DNA from: an uncultured delta proteobacterium
GTDB lineage: Bacteria > Desulfobacterota > Binatia > Bin18
Assembly (NCBI GenBank): GCA_963733195.1
Contig: CAVTCR010000030.1
Location: 1-55,926 of the forward strand
Reading direction: 5' to 3'
DNA length: 55,926 bases
The position numbers and the translations under genes were made by a program. Below the pieces are notes generated by a model, which worked only from the letters and a program-made list of their open reading frames with translations, made no database searches and was not told the origin of the DNA. How positions within the stretch are numbered: the stretch's first letter is position 1; each line of letters begins with the position of its first letter. This document shows positions 21,816 to 30,787 of this stretch, piece by piece.

Positions 21816-22487
21816 GTGTTCAACGAAGAGAATAATGATGTGGCCTGGACTATGGTTGGGAAATCGTATGTTGAGCTGATGGATGAAGTGATGCCGTTTT
21901 TGAATGCTGCAGAGCAGATCGTATATCAACGCTTATTTCGTTTATCTTATGTGCTCGGAAAACCCTTTACTCAGTGCCGCTATGACGAATTGAGAGAAAT
22001 GTGCGGAATATCATTGAGTACTCTGCAACGCGCATTAAGAGGTTTACGATCAAAGAAGCTTGTACGAACAGTGTGGCAGAGTCACGGTGCTTCTACGTTT
22101 CAAGTGCAGTTGCTATCGACTTTACCTCACCGACCTGCGTTTCTCCCAAAGAAAGGACAACAGCAAAATTCAAGTATAGGAAGGCTTAAGAAGCCACCAG
22201 TATACTCTTCATTCACAGCCGAAGATCGAGAACTTTTTCTTGCGTGTAAGCGGTCCCTAAGCCCACAGCGGCTCAGCGAGATTACTGAACAGGCTGTAGA
22301 ATGGCTTACTGAAAAGTGGGGGGGCAATCCAGTTCTGTTAAGTGATGAAATTTTACGGGATAAAGTAGACGAGTTGATACTCAAGGACGCTTTTGGTCCG
22401 GAGCGCCTGGGAAAGTATGCTGGTTTATTTACTTTTTTAGATTTCGCAGAACAAGAAGATAAAGGTAACAAACGTGACGCTGAATAA
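21816..22487 (+). CDS. Winged-HTH protein of replication-protein type
   Basis: EQIVYQRLFRLS...YDELREMCGISLSTLQRALRGLRSKKLV is a wHTH like those at the N-termini of plasmid/phage replication proteins. Convergent with parB. Confidence 0.6.
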   Translation: MFNEENNDVAWTMVGKSYVELMDEVMPFLNAAEQIVYQRLFRLSYVLGKPFTQCRYDELREMCGISLSTLQRALRGLRSKKLVRTVWQSHGASTFQVQLLSTLPHRPAFLPKKGQQQNSSIGRLKKPPVYSSFTAEDRELFLACKRSLSPQRLSEITEQAVEWLTEKWGGNPVLLSDEILRDKVDELILKDAFGPERLGKYAGLFTFLDFAEQEDKGNKRDAE

Positions 22488-22608
22488 AACCCTATATAGC
22501 GTTCTTAGCCGGTATTAGTAGGATCTGCAATACGTGGTCATCGCAGATTCTCTACCAAGCTTTTGCTTTGGCATGTCGCAATTAATAGTGAGCTTGAAAA
22601 TGAGTGAT

Positions 22609-23433
22609 CTACTCTACCTGCGCTTGAGCGCGCAAATTTTGTAGCTTCTCTTCAAGTGCGGAAACTAGTTCTTCTTTGGTTTGGTAATAGATTTTTAAAA
22701 CGCGACGTGCAGCCATTGGAGAATCTTTTTTCATTTGTCTGACTAATACTAGTGCCTCATCTCCTGACAGTTTTTGCTGTCTTATTTCATTATGAGCTCG
22801 CTCCAACAGCACAGGATTGTCTCGAAGGATGCGAAGCGCGCGTCCGTGTTTTTCGTTGAGAACGCTACTACGAATATCATCCTTTACTGCTTCCGGGAGA
22901 GTAGTAAGTCCCAAGAGGTGAAAGATCTGACGGCGGCTAATGCCTAGCATCCCTGAGGAGGCAACCTCATCCCACGTCGACTGTGCACCTAGGTGCACTT
23001 TTATTTTTCCCAGCGCTTCGGCCCGATCGATCGGATTCAAATCTTCACGAACAACATTTTCCACTAGCGCGTCTATATAGGCCTGTTCTGGACTTTGTTC
23101 CCGTACAATCACTGCAGGGATTTCTTTCAATCCTACTTCTCTAGCCGCACGCCACCTTCGTTCTCCCGCAATAATCTCATATTGCCCACTCTCCGGTAGT
23201 TCACGTACACGAATCGGTTGTAGCACTCCCCTTTCACGTACAGAAAGCACCATATCGGCAAATTTCCTTGCTGATTGGTGGCGTCTCGGTTGACCGCTGT
23301 TCGGTACAATTTTTTCAATGTTCAACGACGCCATCAACTGCTGACGCTCGAATCCGAGCGTGTTCTCTAAACTTGCGCGTGCTTTCTGAGGGACACTTAA
23401 TTTCCTGAGGCCATCAGCTGCAGCTTTCTTCAT
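22609..23433 (-). CDS. parB: ParB/RepB/Spo0J partition protein
   Basis: PNSGQPRR, GVLQPIRVR, YEIIAGERRWRAA, ENVVREDLNPID, HTH. Overlaps the parA stop. Confidence 0.95.
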   Translation of the reverse strand: MKKAAADGLRKLSVPQKARASLENTLGFERQQLMASLNIEKIVPNSGQPRRHQSARKFADMVLSVRERGVLQPIRVRELPESGQYEIIAGERRWRAAREVGLKEIPAVIVREQSPEQAYIDALVENVVREDLNPIDRAEALGKIKVHLGAQSTWDEVASSGMLGISRRQIFHLLGLTTLPEAVKDDIRSSVLNEKHGRALRILRDNPVLLERAHNEIRQQKLSGDEALVLVRQMKKDSPMAARRVLKIYYQTKEELVSALEEKLQNLRAQAQVE

Positions 23434-24206
23434 GATCCTTCCAACCGAGTTTCAATCTCTTCAGTTAGAGTTCGGTAATTTTGCGCTGCCTCGGAGCTAG
23501 AGGCGTATAAAATGATCGGAGTATCAGCAACTGCCGATTCTCCCACCTTGCTAGCGGTTTTGATAACTGTCGAAAAAAGGCCGGTGCCAAATTGCTCGCC
23601 AATTTTTGCGAGTATTTCTCGGCTTAGTGTTGTGCGACTGTCATAAAAGGTACATACAACGCCAAGAATTGACAGTCTCGTATTCAAGCGTAGACGTACC
23701 AGGTCAATCGTTTCACAGAGTTGGGCTGTTCCAGTAATTGCCCACTTGCCAATTTGTACAGGGATCAACACATGAGTTGCAGCAGTTAAGGCGTTCAGCG
23801 TAAGACGTCCAAGTGACGGAGGACAATCAATTACAATCCGTTCGTACTCAATAGCTTTCGATAGTCCTTCGTCGAGCAGCTTTTCCGCACCAATCATCTG
23901 CGGTAAAGTCAGTTCTGCTCCAGCCAGATCTAGAGATGATGGAATGAGATCGAGGTTATATATCCCAGTCTTTCTAATCACTAATCCTATATCCATTTTC
24001 GGATCAAGAAGAAGATCATAAACGGTAGTAGCTTTAGCTTCTCCGGAAATCTCAACTCCTACTCCCGCCGTCGCGTTTGCCTGAGGGTCTAAGTCTACTA
24101 ACAGGACTCTATGTCCCTTTTCCGCAAGAGCTGTGGCAACGTTAATTGCGAGGGTTGTTTTGCCGACCCCACCTTTTTGATTCGCAATTGCAATCCGTGG
24201 CAGCAC
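23430..24206 (-). CDS. parA: ParA/Soj Walker-type ATPase
   Basis: NQKGGVGKTT, DLDPQANAT, IDCPPSLG. Confidence 0.96.
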   Translation of the reverse strand: MLPRIAIANQKGGVGKTTLAINVATALAEKGHRVLLVDLDPQANATAGVGVEISGEAKATTVYDLLLDPKMDIGLVIRKTGIYNLDLIPSSLDLAGAELTLPQMIGAEKLLDEGLSKAIEYERIVIDCPPSLGRLTLNALTAATHVLIPVQIGKWAITGTAQLCETIDLVRLRLNTRLSILGVVCTFYDSRTTLSREILAKIGEQFGTGLFSTVIKTASKVGESAVADTPIILYASSSEAAQNYRTLTEEIETRLEGS

Positions 24207-24238
24207 TTTTCTGATCCCCTCATAAAGTCAACCAGGTA

Positions 24239-25812
24239 CTATTCGATGTCATTTGTTTGTTGTAAGAGCCTACACATTTCCGCCGTTACCAAAGCGTCGA
24301 GAAGAAATCGACGAGGAACTCCTTGTTCCGTTAATTGATCCATGGCCGCCTGCCGTAATTCCTCCTGCTTCTCCTTGGGCATTTCACGCAACTGCATTTC
24401 AATCTCTTTTCTCTCACTCGTCAACTTCTGCAGCGATGCGTCGTTCTCGTTCACTTTCTCCAAGTGCTTCTTTTTTTCTGTGTGACAGCCCGCTCCCCAA
24501 GTGCCTCACCAATAATATGCGGAAGAATTCCTATTGACTTCACGCGACCATCAAATTTTTCTGCAATGTTTTTGACTATCCAGTTTAGCGCGAAATCCAA
24601 ATCCTCAAGAGAATATCCTTGTCCTTCAACCAGACTACGAAGCGTAATAATCCCACTATTAATCTTCTCCCGACTAGGTCTATTCTGGCCAATTTTCTCA
24701 TAAAAAGATGTAATACGCTCGCTGTACTGATCATCGGCGTTCTGTTCATCAGGTGTGGATAGAGGCAAAAATAGCTGAGTACCAATTGCGGTCACTTGTT
24801 TACTCGATAGATTTACCTCCGGCAACAAGACTTCGCTAGCCTTATCTTTCGGACGTCTCCTCTGCTCTTGATCATAGATCCATTTCGGTCCTGGCCACCA
24901 ACGTACGGTACCTGTCCACCTGCCTGAAGGGTCTACCGGATAGTCATAGGACGCGACGAATTTCTCACGTAATAACTCATCATTCGACGGGTCCAATTGC
25001 TGCTGAACGCGGGACAGTTGTTCATACACTTGAATATCCAGTAATGCACACAGGTCTCCGTAACGCTTCGTATAGGGATGGCCACTCGCAGCAAACCACC
25101 CGTTATCGAGTAACGGATACAGCGCCTTTGAAATGCTTCGAGTCAGACGGTGGTGAAATTTCAGATCGATAGGACGGCTATACAAATAAAAATAGTTCTC
25201 TACGAACCAGTCAGCAAGCCAGACAAAGTTTTGCGATGCTATTTCTCCACTCGGTAATGGTCGTCCGACATGCACATATTTACGAAACAAGGGCTCAATT
25301 CCGATACGAACATCTAGCTTCCGTTCGCGTGCGTTATAGAGTTCGCCATGGATGGTAGTTGAATTCAATCGCTCAACCCACGACCGCACCGCCCCATGGC
25401 CTCGACCATTCTTTGTCCTTCCAGCTTTGGCGATTAGCTCGCGACTGGAGAATCCAATTGGAGAAGGGAGGCGTGGACGAATGACAAACTGCCCATCCAA
25501 TTCGACCTTTTCAAGTTGCGCCCGTTCGTCACAGATTTTTAGGAATGCGCGATAAAAATCTAAATCTTCGGCATTGGGAAATCCGTACTTCATCGACGGT
25601 ACAATCTCGATGCGCCGGCTATCGGAGAGAACAATTACTTTCGACTTTTGCTTCTCATCAAGTGCGCGGCGAGCATACCTGGCAGAAAAGTAACCGATTG
25701 TCTCTAGATTCTGTTCTGCTGGAACATAGTCAACTGACCACGACATGAGTGTGATCTGGTTCTCTCGCGGTGATTTCTTGACTTCTAACGTTTTTTCCAT
25801 TCCCGTCCCCAT
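24239..25812 (-). CDS. repA: Plasmid/chromid-type replication initiator (RepA-like); one frameshift at the T7 run 24471-24477
   Basis: GFPNAEDLDFYRA and FSSRELIAKAG...GRGHGAVRSWVERLNSTTI resemble RPA/TrfA-like wHTH initiators. Lies between the iterons and parA. Adding one A fuses ORFs 24451-25812 and 24239-24463. Confidence 0.8.
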
Positions 25813-25939
25813 TGTCTTCCCCTGCGAAAAACTCTCTCACCGCATAGTGGAGAGAGTAGTAGAAAGTAGGAGAATATAGGAGAGCATTTATACACCATAC
25901 TTAAGTGCTTGTCAAAAAAGGATTTTTTCGTTTATTCGT

Positions 25940-26063
25940 TTACTCTACTGTCCCCATTGTCTTACTCTACTGTCCCCATTGTCTTACTCTACTGTCCCCA
26001 TTTCTTACTTTACTGTCCCCACTTTTATTTTACTGTCCCCACTTTTTTACTCTACTGTCCCCA
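25940..26063 (+). repeat. Iteron array: six direct 17-bp repeats, consensus TTAYTYTACTGTCCCCA
   Basis: Copies start at 25940, 25962, 25984, 26005, 26025 and 26047 (periods 22, 22, 21, 20, 22 bp), directly upstream of rep. Confidence 0.92.
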
Positions 26064-26169
26064 GCTGCGTTCGCCTATATTGGGGGCTTAATCTTATGGT
26101 GATCTCGTTAGATAGGGTCAAACGAGTTGACTCTGGCTTGTCTTCTTCGTAAGCCGTACTCGCGCTCTG

Positions 26170-26310
26170 AGTTTCATTACCATTCTTTTTCAAATACTTA
26201 CTATCTTTTTCGTACGTGAAAAAGCTTTACTGATAAAATTCTGTTATAGAGTACGAATATCTTTAACTATATTAATGAAAGACCATAAGTAATTGATTTA
26301 ATTGGAAGAC
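26170..26310. other. AT-rich tract, candidate DNA-unwinding element of the origin
   Basis: Visibly AT-rich (e.g. ATCTTTAACTATATTAATGAAA, TAAGTAATTGATTTAATT), lying between the two iteron groups. Confidence 0.55.
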
Positions 26311-26432
26311 GCTTACGACAAAGGAACCAGTGAAAGCTGCGCGAAAGCTTGGATTCTAGCGCCGTCGTGTTTCGGCGCCGACTAAAACCAATGATGTGCC
26401 AAAGCCTAACGTATTACTCATCGTCACGATCT

Positions 26433-26638
26433 TTACTTTACTGTCCCCACATAGAGGAGGAATAGTGGTAAGCTACTTTACTTTAGTGTCCCCAGGGGAA
26501 ATGACAGCGCCAGTGCTATAATTCACCAAATCCGACGAGCAAATGAGCTTTATGAATCAAAAAAAGATCGTTACGCGAATTTGTGTGTGTAATGAAGAGG
26601 AAGTGAGTTTCCGTAGTCTCTTTACGCTAGTGTCCCCA
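26433..26638 (+). repeat. Three dispersed iteron copies
   Basis: TTACTTTACTGTCCCCA 26433-26449, TTACTTTAGTGTCCCCA 26478-26494, TTACGCTAGTGTCCCCA 26622-26638. Confidence 0.85.
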
Positions 26639-26886
26639 CCTACGGAAGGTAGCCAGATCGTTCGGTCATTTGACGATGCTGTATAAATTCTGCATCTTTA
26701 GATTGATGTCAAAGTGAAGGGGCAGTTATATAAATATCACTATTTGTTATTTTTTCTACATCTGCTTTTTTCGTTTCTCTCCTCTTTCCGCGAGTGTGAT
26801 GTTTAGCTGGTCGTACTCGCCGCAGATCGTATCCATTGAACTCCGCAACAAAACCCGCTAAGTGCACCAACGAACGATGAATCGAG

Positions 26887-29544
26887 TTGGTCCTGCGTAT
26901 GATGGAAAAAACTCCAGCTTCAGTAAGTGAACTCTTGCAGATCTTGCCCGAGCGGCATCGTGGCGAGCTTCAACTTGTTTTACAATCATTACCTACAGAG
27001 ACCCTCAACTCTTTGATGGTAAATAGATCGCTCCGTGAGTGGCTACAGGAGGGCTTTACCGCCTGTTCCCAAAGAGAGAGGCGTGAAGAGCTACTCTCGA
27101 AGCTCATTGTTGCAATTCCTCGCATCTTGCCACACTTGGAAGGGAACGAGATCGGTGACTGGATTCGTGCGGCTTTCGATCTTTCTTCAATATACCCCGA
27201 AGTCTTCACGGTGTTGCCAGCGCAGCTTAATGAGCTTGCGTTTGAGGATAGGACAAATTTGTACCGACTTGTCCGTACTACTGCCTATCGTTCGCCTCAG
27301 GCTGCTGTACTGCTGTACCAAGGCTTACCGTTAACTCTCACGCAACTAGAGCAGGATCTCCGCGGGCTTCTTGTGCGGTGCTTACAAACTGCTGCCGCGT
27401 TTGATCCGAATCCATTGCCTGAGATCCTACCGCTGATTGGTCCGACTTTTCGCTCATTGCCTCACGCAAGTCGTTACCCACTACTCGACCGTATCGCCCG
27501 CCTTGCGCAAACTCTTCCTGCCGCCGTTGCCCGTTTATTCCGTACATTGACGAGAGCCTACGATGCCGTGGGTGCAGACGGTATTGTCGCCTGGATTCTT
27601 ACGGGGGAAGAGATCGCCAAGAAAAATCCACAAGCCGGAGAGGCGTTCTTTGCTCTAGAATCCCGTACTAGCCAGTTGTTTCTTTCCGGCAGTTCCGTTC
27701 ACGTCGCCCTCAGTGACATTTATGGTTTCATCTTGCGTTATCTTCATATGTTGTCTGGCACGACCGTTGAACTTAAAGAGGACGCATTGGTTGTCATACC
27801 ACCACCGTTAGCTGACGAGGGCGGTGAGATGGTGCCACTCCCGGCTTCAGTTGATATCTTTGCGACTTACGAAGAGAATCTCCGCTTGTATCGTGCACTC
27901 GCCGCTCAACATGCCGGACGACTGACCTTTGGGACCTATGATTGTTCGATTGAGCGACTGTGGACCACGCTACCAAATGTTGCTCATGAAGCGTTAGCCG
28001 GAGATGGTACGATTCCAGTGGATGTGGCGGCATTTTTTGAGCGTTTTCCGCAACCGCAACACATTGAGGCTTTGTTCCTCATTGTTGAGAACGAACGGAT
28101 CGCCACGCGGTTAGCCGCGAGCTACAAAGGTCTTCACGAGGATCTCGCCTGGTCGAAATCAATGGTCGATTTGTATCCGCCCACCGTTGCTCGTCTACTC
28201 CGGCAATTACCCCAGGGAGTCCCGCTCGAACTGGCTCCAGGGGCGACCGTCTACGATTCGCTTTTGCTCGCAACCGAAATCTACCTCACAATGACGCTTT
28301 CCCCTGGACACGAAGGCGAGCGCACCTTTGCCGATGAATTTCCCGAACCCTCAAGTTCTGCACCAGACCAACAAATGATGCAATCAGACGACAATGGTGC
28401 TGGCGTCTTCGTTGACGCTGCACAGCGGTCTGCTGACCAACGCGAAACGTGGCGGAAATTCTTGGAAGCCTTACGTGAACGCGGCAAGAGGACAGGGAAG
28501 AGCAGCCAGAAGAACAACGGTCCGACGATAGTGGTCACCCATGAAGCGTCCGCAGCGACAGATGAGGAAGACAGCCGTCACCGAGGAAAATCGTCGCGCG
28601 GAGGTCGTACAGCTGGAGTCGCTGAGTTCGGTTATCTTTATGATGAATGGGATTTCTTGATCGATGATTACCGTCCCCAATGGTGTGAGTTACGCGAAAG
28701 AGCAATCTCAGGCGACGACGGGGGATTTTTCTCCCGTACGCTCGCTGCACACGAAGAATTAACCGCAGAAATCAAGCGAGAATTTCAGCGGCTGCGCCCG
28801 CGTCAATATCGTCATGTGAACGGCTTGGAACATGGTGAAGACATAGACGTGAATGCGGCGGTCGCGGCGCGAATAGATCTGCGTAGTGGTCTGGCTCCAT
28901 CCTCGAAGCTCTATACTGCGCGGCAACCTTTAGAGCGTGACGTTGCCGCGCTCTTTCTTTTGGATCTGAGCGCATCGACGGAAAGTATAGTCGGGGAAGG
29001 GGAGGGGAGGGTAATTGATCGGATGAAAGAAGCGCTCGTGTTGCTCACGACAGCGCTTGAGGAAATCGGGGATGTATACTCGGTCTATGGTTTCTCGAGC
29101 TATGGACGTCGCAACGTTGAGGTCTTTCCAGTAAAGAGTTTCAGCGAGCCACTCTCTGAAGGTGTGAAGGCTCGTATCGGAGGACTAGTACCGCAACGAA
29201 GCACGCGTATGGGTCCTGCGGTAAGACATGCAACACGAAAACTGCGTGACCTGTCATGCCGCGCAAAATTCTTGGTTTTGCTGAGCGACGGATATCCAGA
29301 AGATGCCGATTATGGTCCTAGCCACCATGCTCCGACCTATGGGGTGCGAGATACGATGATGGCGTTGCGAGAAGCAGAGAGAAGTGGGGTTCTCTCCTTC
29401 TGCCTGACAATAGATAAAACTGGTCGTGATTATTTGCGTGAAATGTGTTCACCTTCACGGTATATGATCATTGAGGATGTTGGATCTTTACCTACGGAGC
29501 TGCCCAAGATTTATCAGCGTTACATCAGGACACAAAGCGCGTAG
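26887..29544 (+). CDS. NorD/CbbO-like VWA-domain protein
   Basis: YDEWDF...DYRPQWC, GEDIDVNA, MIDAS LLDLSAST, TRMGPAVRHA, LSDGYPED. Confidence 0.88.
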   Translation: MVLRMMEKTPASVSELLQILPERHRGELQLVLQSLPTETLNSLMVNRSLREWLQEGFTACSQRERREELLSKLIVAIPRILPHLEGNEIGDWIRAAFDLSSIYPEVFTVLPAQLNELAFEDRTNLYRLVRTTAYRSPQAAVLLYQGLPLTLTQLEQDLRGLLVRCLQTAAAFDPNPLPEILPLIGPTFRSLPHASRYPLLDRIARLAQTLPAAVARLFRTLTRAYDAVGADGIVAWILTGEEIAKKNPQAGEAFFALESRTSQLFLSGSSVHVALSDIYGFILRYLHMLSGTTVELKEDALVVIPPPLADEGGEMVPLPASVDIFATYEENLRLYRALAAQHAGRLTFGTYDCSIERLWTTLPNVAHEALAGDGTIPVDVAAFFERFPQPQHIEALFLIVENERIATRLAASYKGLHEDLAWSKSMVDLYPPTVARLLRQLPQGVPLELAPGATVYDSLLLATEIYLTMTLSPGHEGERTFADEFPEPSSSAPDQQMMQSDDNGAGVFVDAAQRSADQRETWRKFLEALRERGKRTGKSSQKNNGPTIVVTHEASAATDEEDSRHRGKSSRGGRTAGVAEFGYLYDEWDFLIDDYRPQWCELRERAISGDDGGFFSRTLAAHEELTAEIKREFQRLRPRQYRHVNGLEHGEDIDVNAAVAARIDLRSGLAPSSKLYTARQPLERDVAALFLLDLSASTESIVGEGEGRVIDRMKEALVLLTTALEEIGDVYSVYGFSSYGRRNVEVFPVKSFSEPLSEGVKARIGGLVPQRSTRMGPAVRHATRKLRDLSCRAKFLVLLSDGYPEDADYGPSHHAPTYGVRDTMMALREAERSGVLSFCLTIDKTGRDYLREMCSPSRYMIIEDVGSLPTELPKIYQRYIRTQSA

Positions 29545-29683
29545 CCGGTGAGCTAACCGCTTCCAGTTTCTGTTGATGCTCTCTTTCTCTTGCATCTCAT
29601 TGGGAAAAAGGCGTAAAGAAGGAGTCAGCTTCGCGTTGGGTCCATGTTGCTTTACGGTAACCAGCAAAAAGAGGAGGGACTCT

Positions 29684-30685
29684 ATGACAAAGGATTTCAC
29701 TATCTGTATTGGCACTGTCGGTGCCGGGGTATGGTACAGTCCAAATAGCGGTGAGAAATGGCGTCGCAGCAAAATGAAACTTCCGTTCCATGCGGAACCA
29801 GGGGAAGTACAGATTCGTGCGCTGGCGGTGTACCCGAACAATCCTCAGCGGCTTCTCGCAGGATCGGAGGTCGGCGTTTATCGGAGTGAGGATAAAGGGG
29901 CGACGTGGGAATTGGTGGACTCACCAATGGATGGCAAGCAAATCTGGTCTCTTGCGGTGCACCCGACCAATTCCGATGTAATATACGCAGGAACCAAACA
30001 CCCGGCGGTGTACAGATCGCATGATGGCGGCGAACACTGGGAACAAGTAACGATTCCTATTGCTGAGCGTTGTTTCGCTGGTGCACCGAAGGTGACTAAC
30101 ATCGTTTTTGATCCTCGTGATCCCAACACCATCTGGGTTGGTGTCGAGATCGATGGTGTGTATTGCAGTCGTGATGGAGGCAACTCGTGGGTTCACTTGC
30201 CACCCCTTGGCAAAGACATGCTGAATCAGGATCTTCACGGCCTCGCTGTCTGTCAAAGCCAACCGACAAAACTCCTTGCCACGACACCTGATGGTATCTG
30301 GGCGAGTACAACGGAGGGCGAAAACTGGTCATTGCATGGGTTTCCTAAATTCTTCGAAAGAGATCAGATTTCCTATTGTCGGGGAGTAGCCGTAAAGGCC
30401 GACAATCCTGATGTCATGTTCGTCGGCAACGGTGACTTTATTCCCGGACGCACTGGGGCGATCCAACGATCTACTGATGGCGGGAAAACATGGAAAGCTG
30501 CACCACTTTCTGTTGAGCCGAACTCAACCATTTACTGGTTTGCCACTCATCCGGCAGATCCTGATGTGATCGTCGCGAACAGCCTAAACGGTTATGTTTA
30601 TACTAGCGTTGATGGTGGGGAGTCGTGGAAGAAAGTGAAGCAGGAGTTCGGTGAGATTCGCGCGGTGGCGTGGGTGCCGAACTGA
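29684..30685 (+). CDS. BNR/Asp-box repeat beta-propeller protein
   Basis: Repeated S-x-D-x-G-x-(T/S)-W motifs. RBS GAGGAGG before ATG 29684. Confidence 0.88.
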   Translation: MTKDFTICIGTVGAGVWYSPNSGEKWRRSKMKLPFHAEPGEVQIRALAVYPNNPQRLLAGSEVGVYRSEDKGATWELVDSPMDGKQIWSLAVHPTNSDVIYAGTKHPAVYRSHDGGEHWEQVTIPIAERCFAGAPKVTNIVFDPRDPNTIWVGVEIDGVYCSRDGGNSWVHLPPLGKDMLNQDLHGLAVCQSQPTKLLATTPDGIWASTTEGENWSLHGFPKFFERDQISYCRGVAVKADNPDVMFVGNGDFIPGRTGAIQRSTDGGKTWKAAPLSVEPNSTIYWFATHPADPDVIVANSLNGYVYTSVDGGESWKKVKQEFGEIRAVAWVPN

Positions 30686-30727
30686 ACGTGAAGAAGAGAT
30701 CTAATTTTGTGGTACATTCCCACACCC

Positions 30728-30751
30728 ATTCCCTCTCCCTGACGGGAGAGG
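30728..30751. repeat. CCCTCTCCC...GGGAGAGGG hairpin (REP-like or terminator) between convergent genes
   Basis: TCCCTCTCCC-TGAC-GGGAGAGGGA inverted repeat. Confidence 0.6.
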
Positions 30752-30787
30752 GAGGAGAAAACCAAAGCGATAGGTGTGGGTTGAGGG

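Noticed and set aside
24465-24480. Programmed -1 frameshift in rep at the A7 run
   Set aside because: Possible, but a homopolymer error is simpler given the many indels in the window.
25888-25896. DnaA box TTATACACC
   Set aside because: A single copy with one mismatch in AT-rich DNA; could be chance.
25940-26063. Possible CRISPR array
   Set aside because: Repeats are 17 bp with only 3-5 bp between them, there are no unique spacers and no cas genes, and the position upstream of rep fits iterons.
25905-26102. ORFs with repeated LLYCPH / LLSP peptides
   Set aside because: These are translations of the iteron array.
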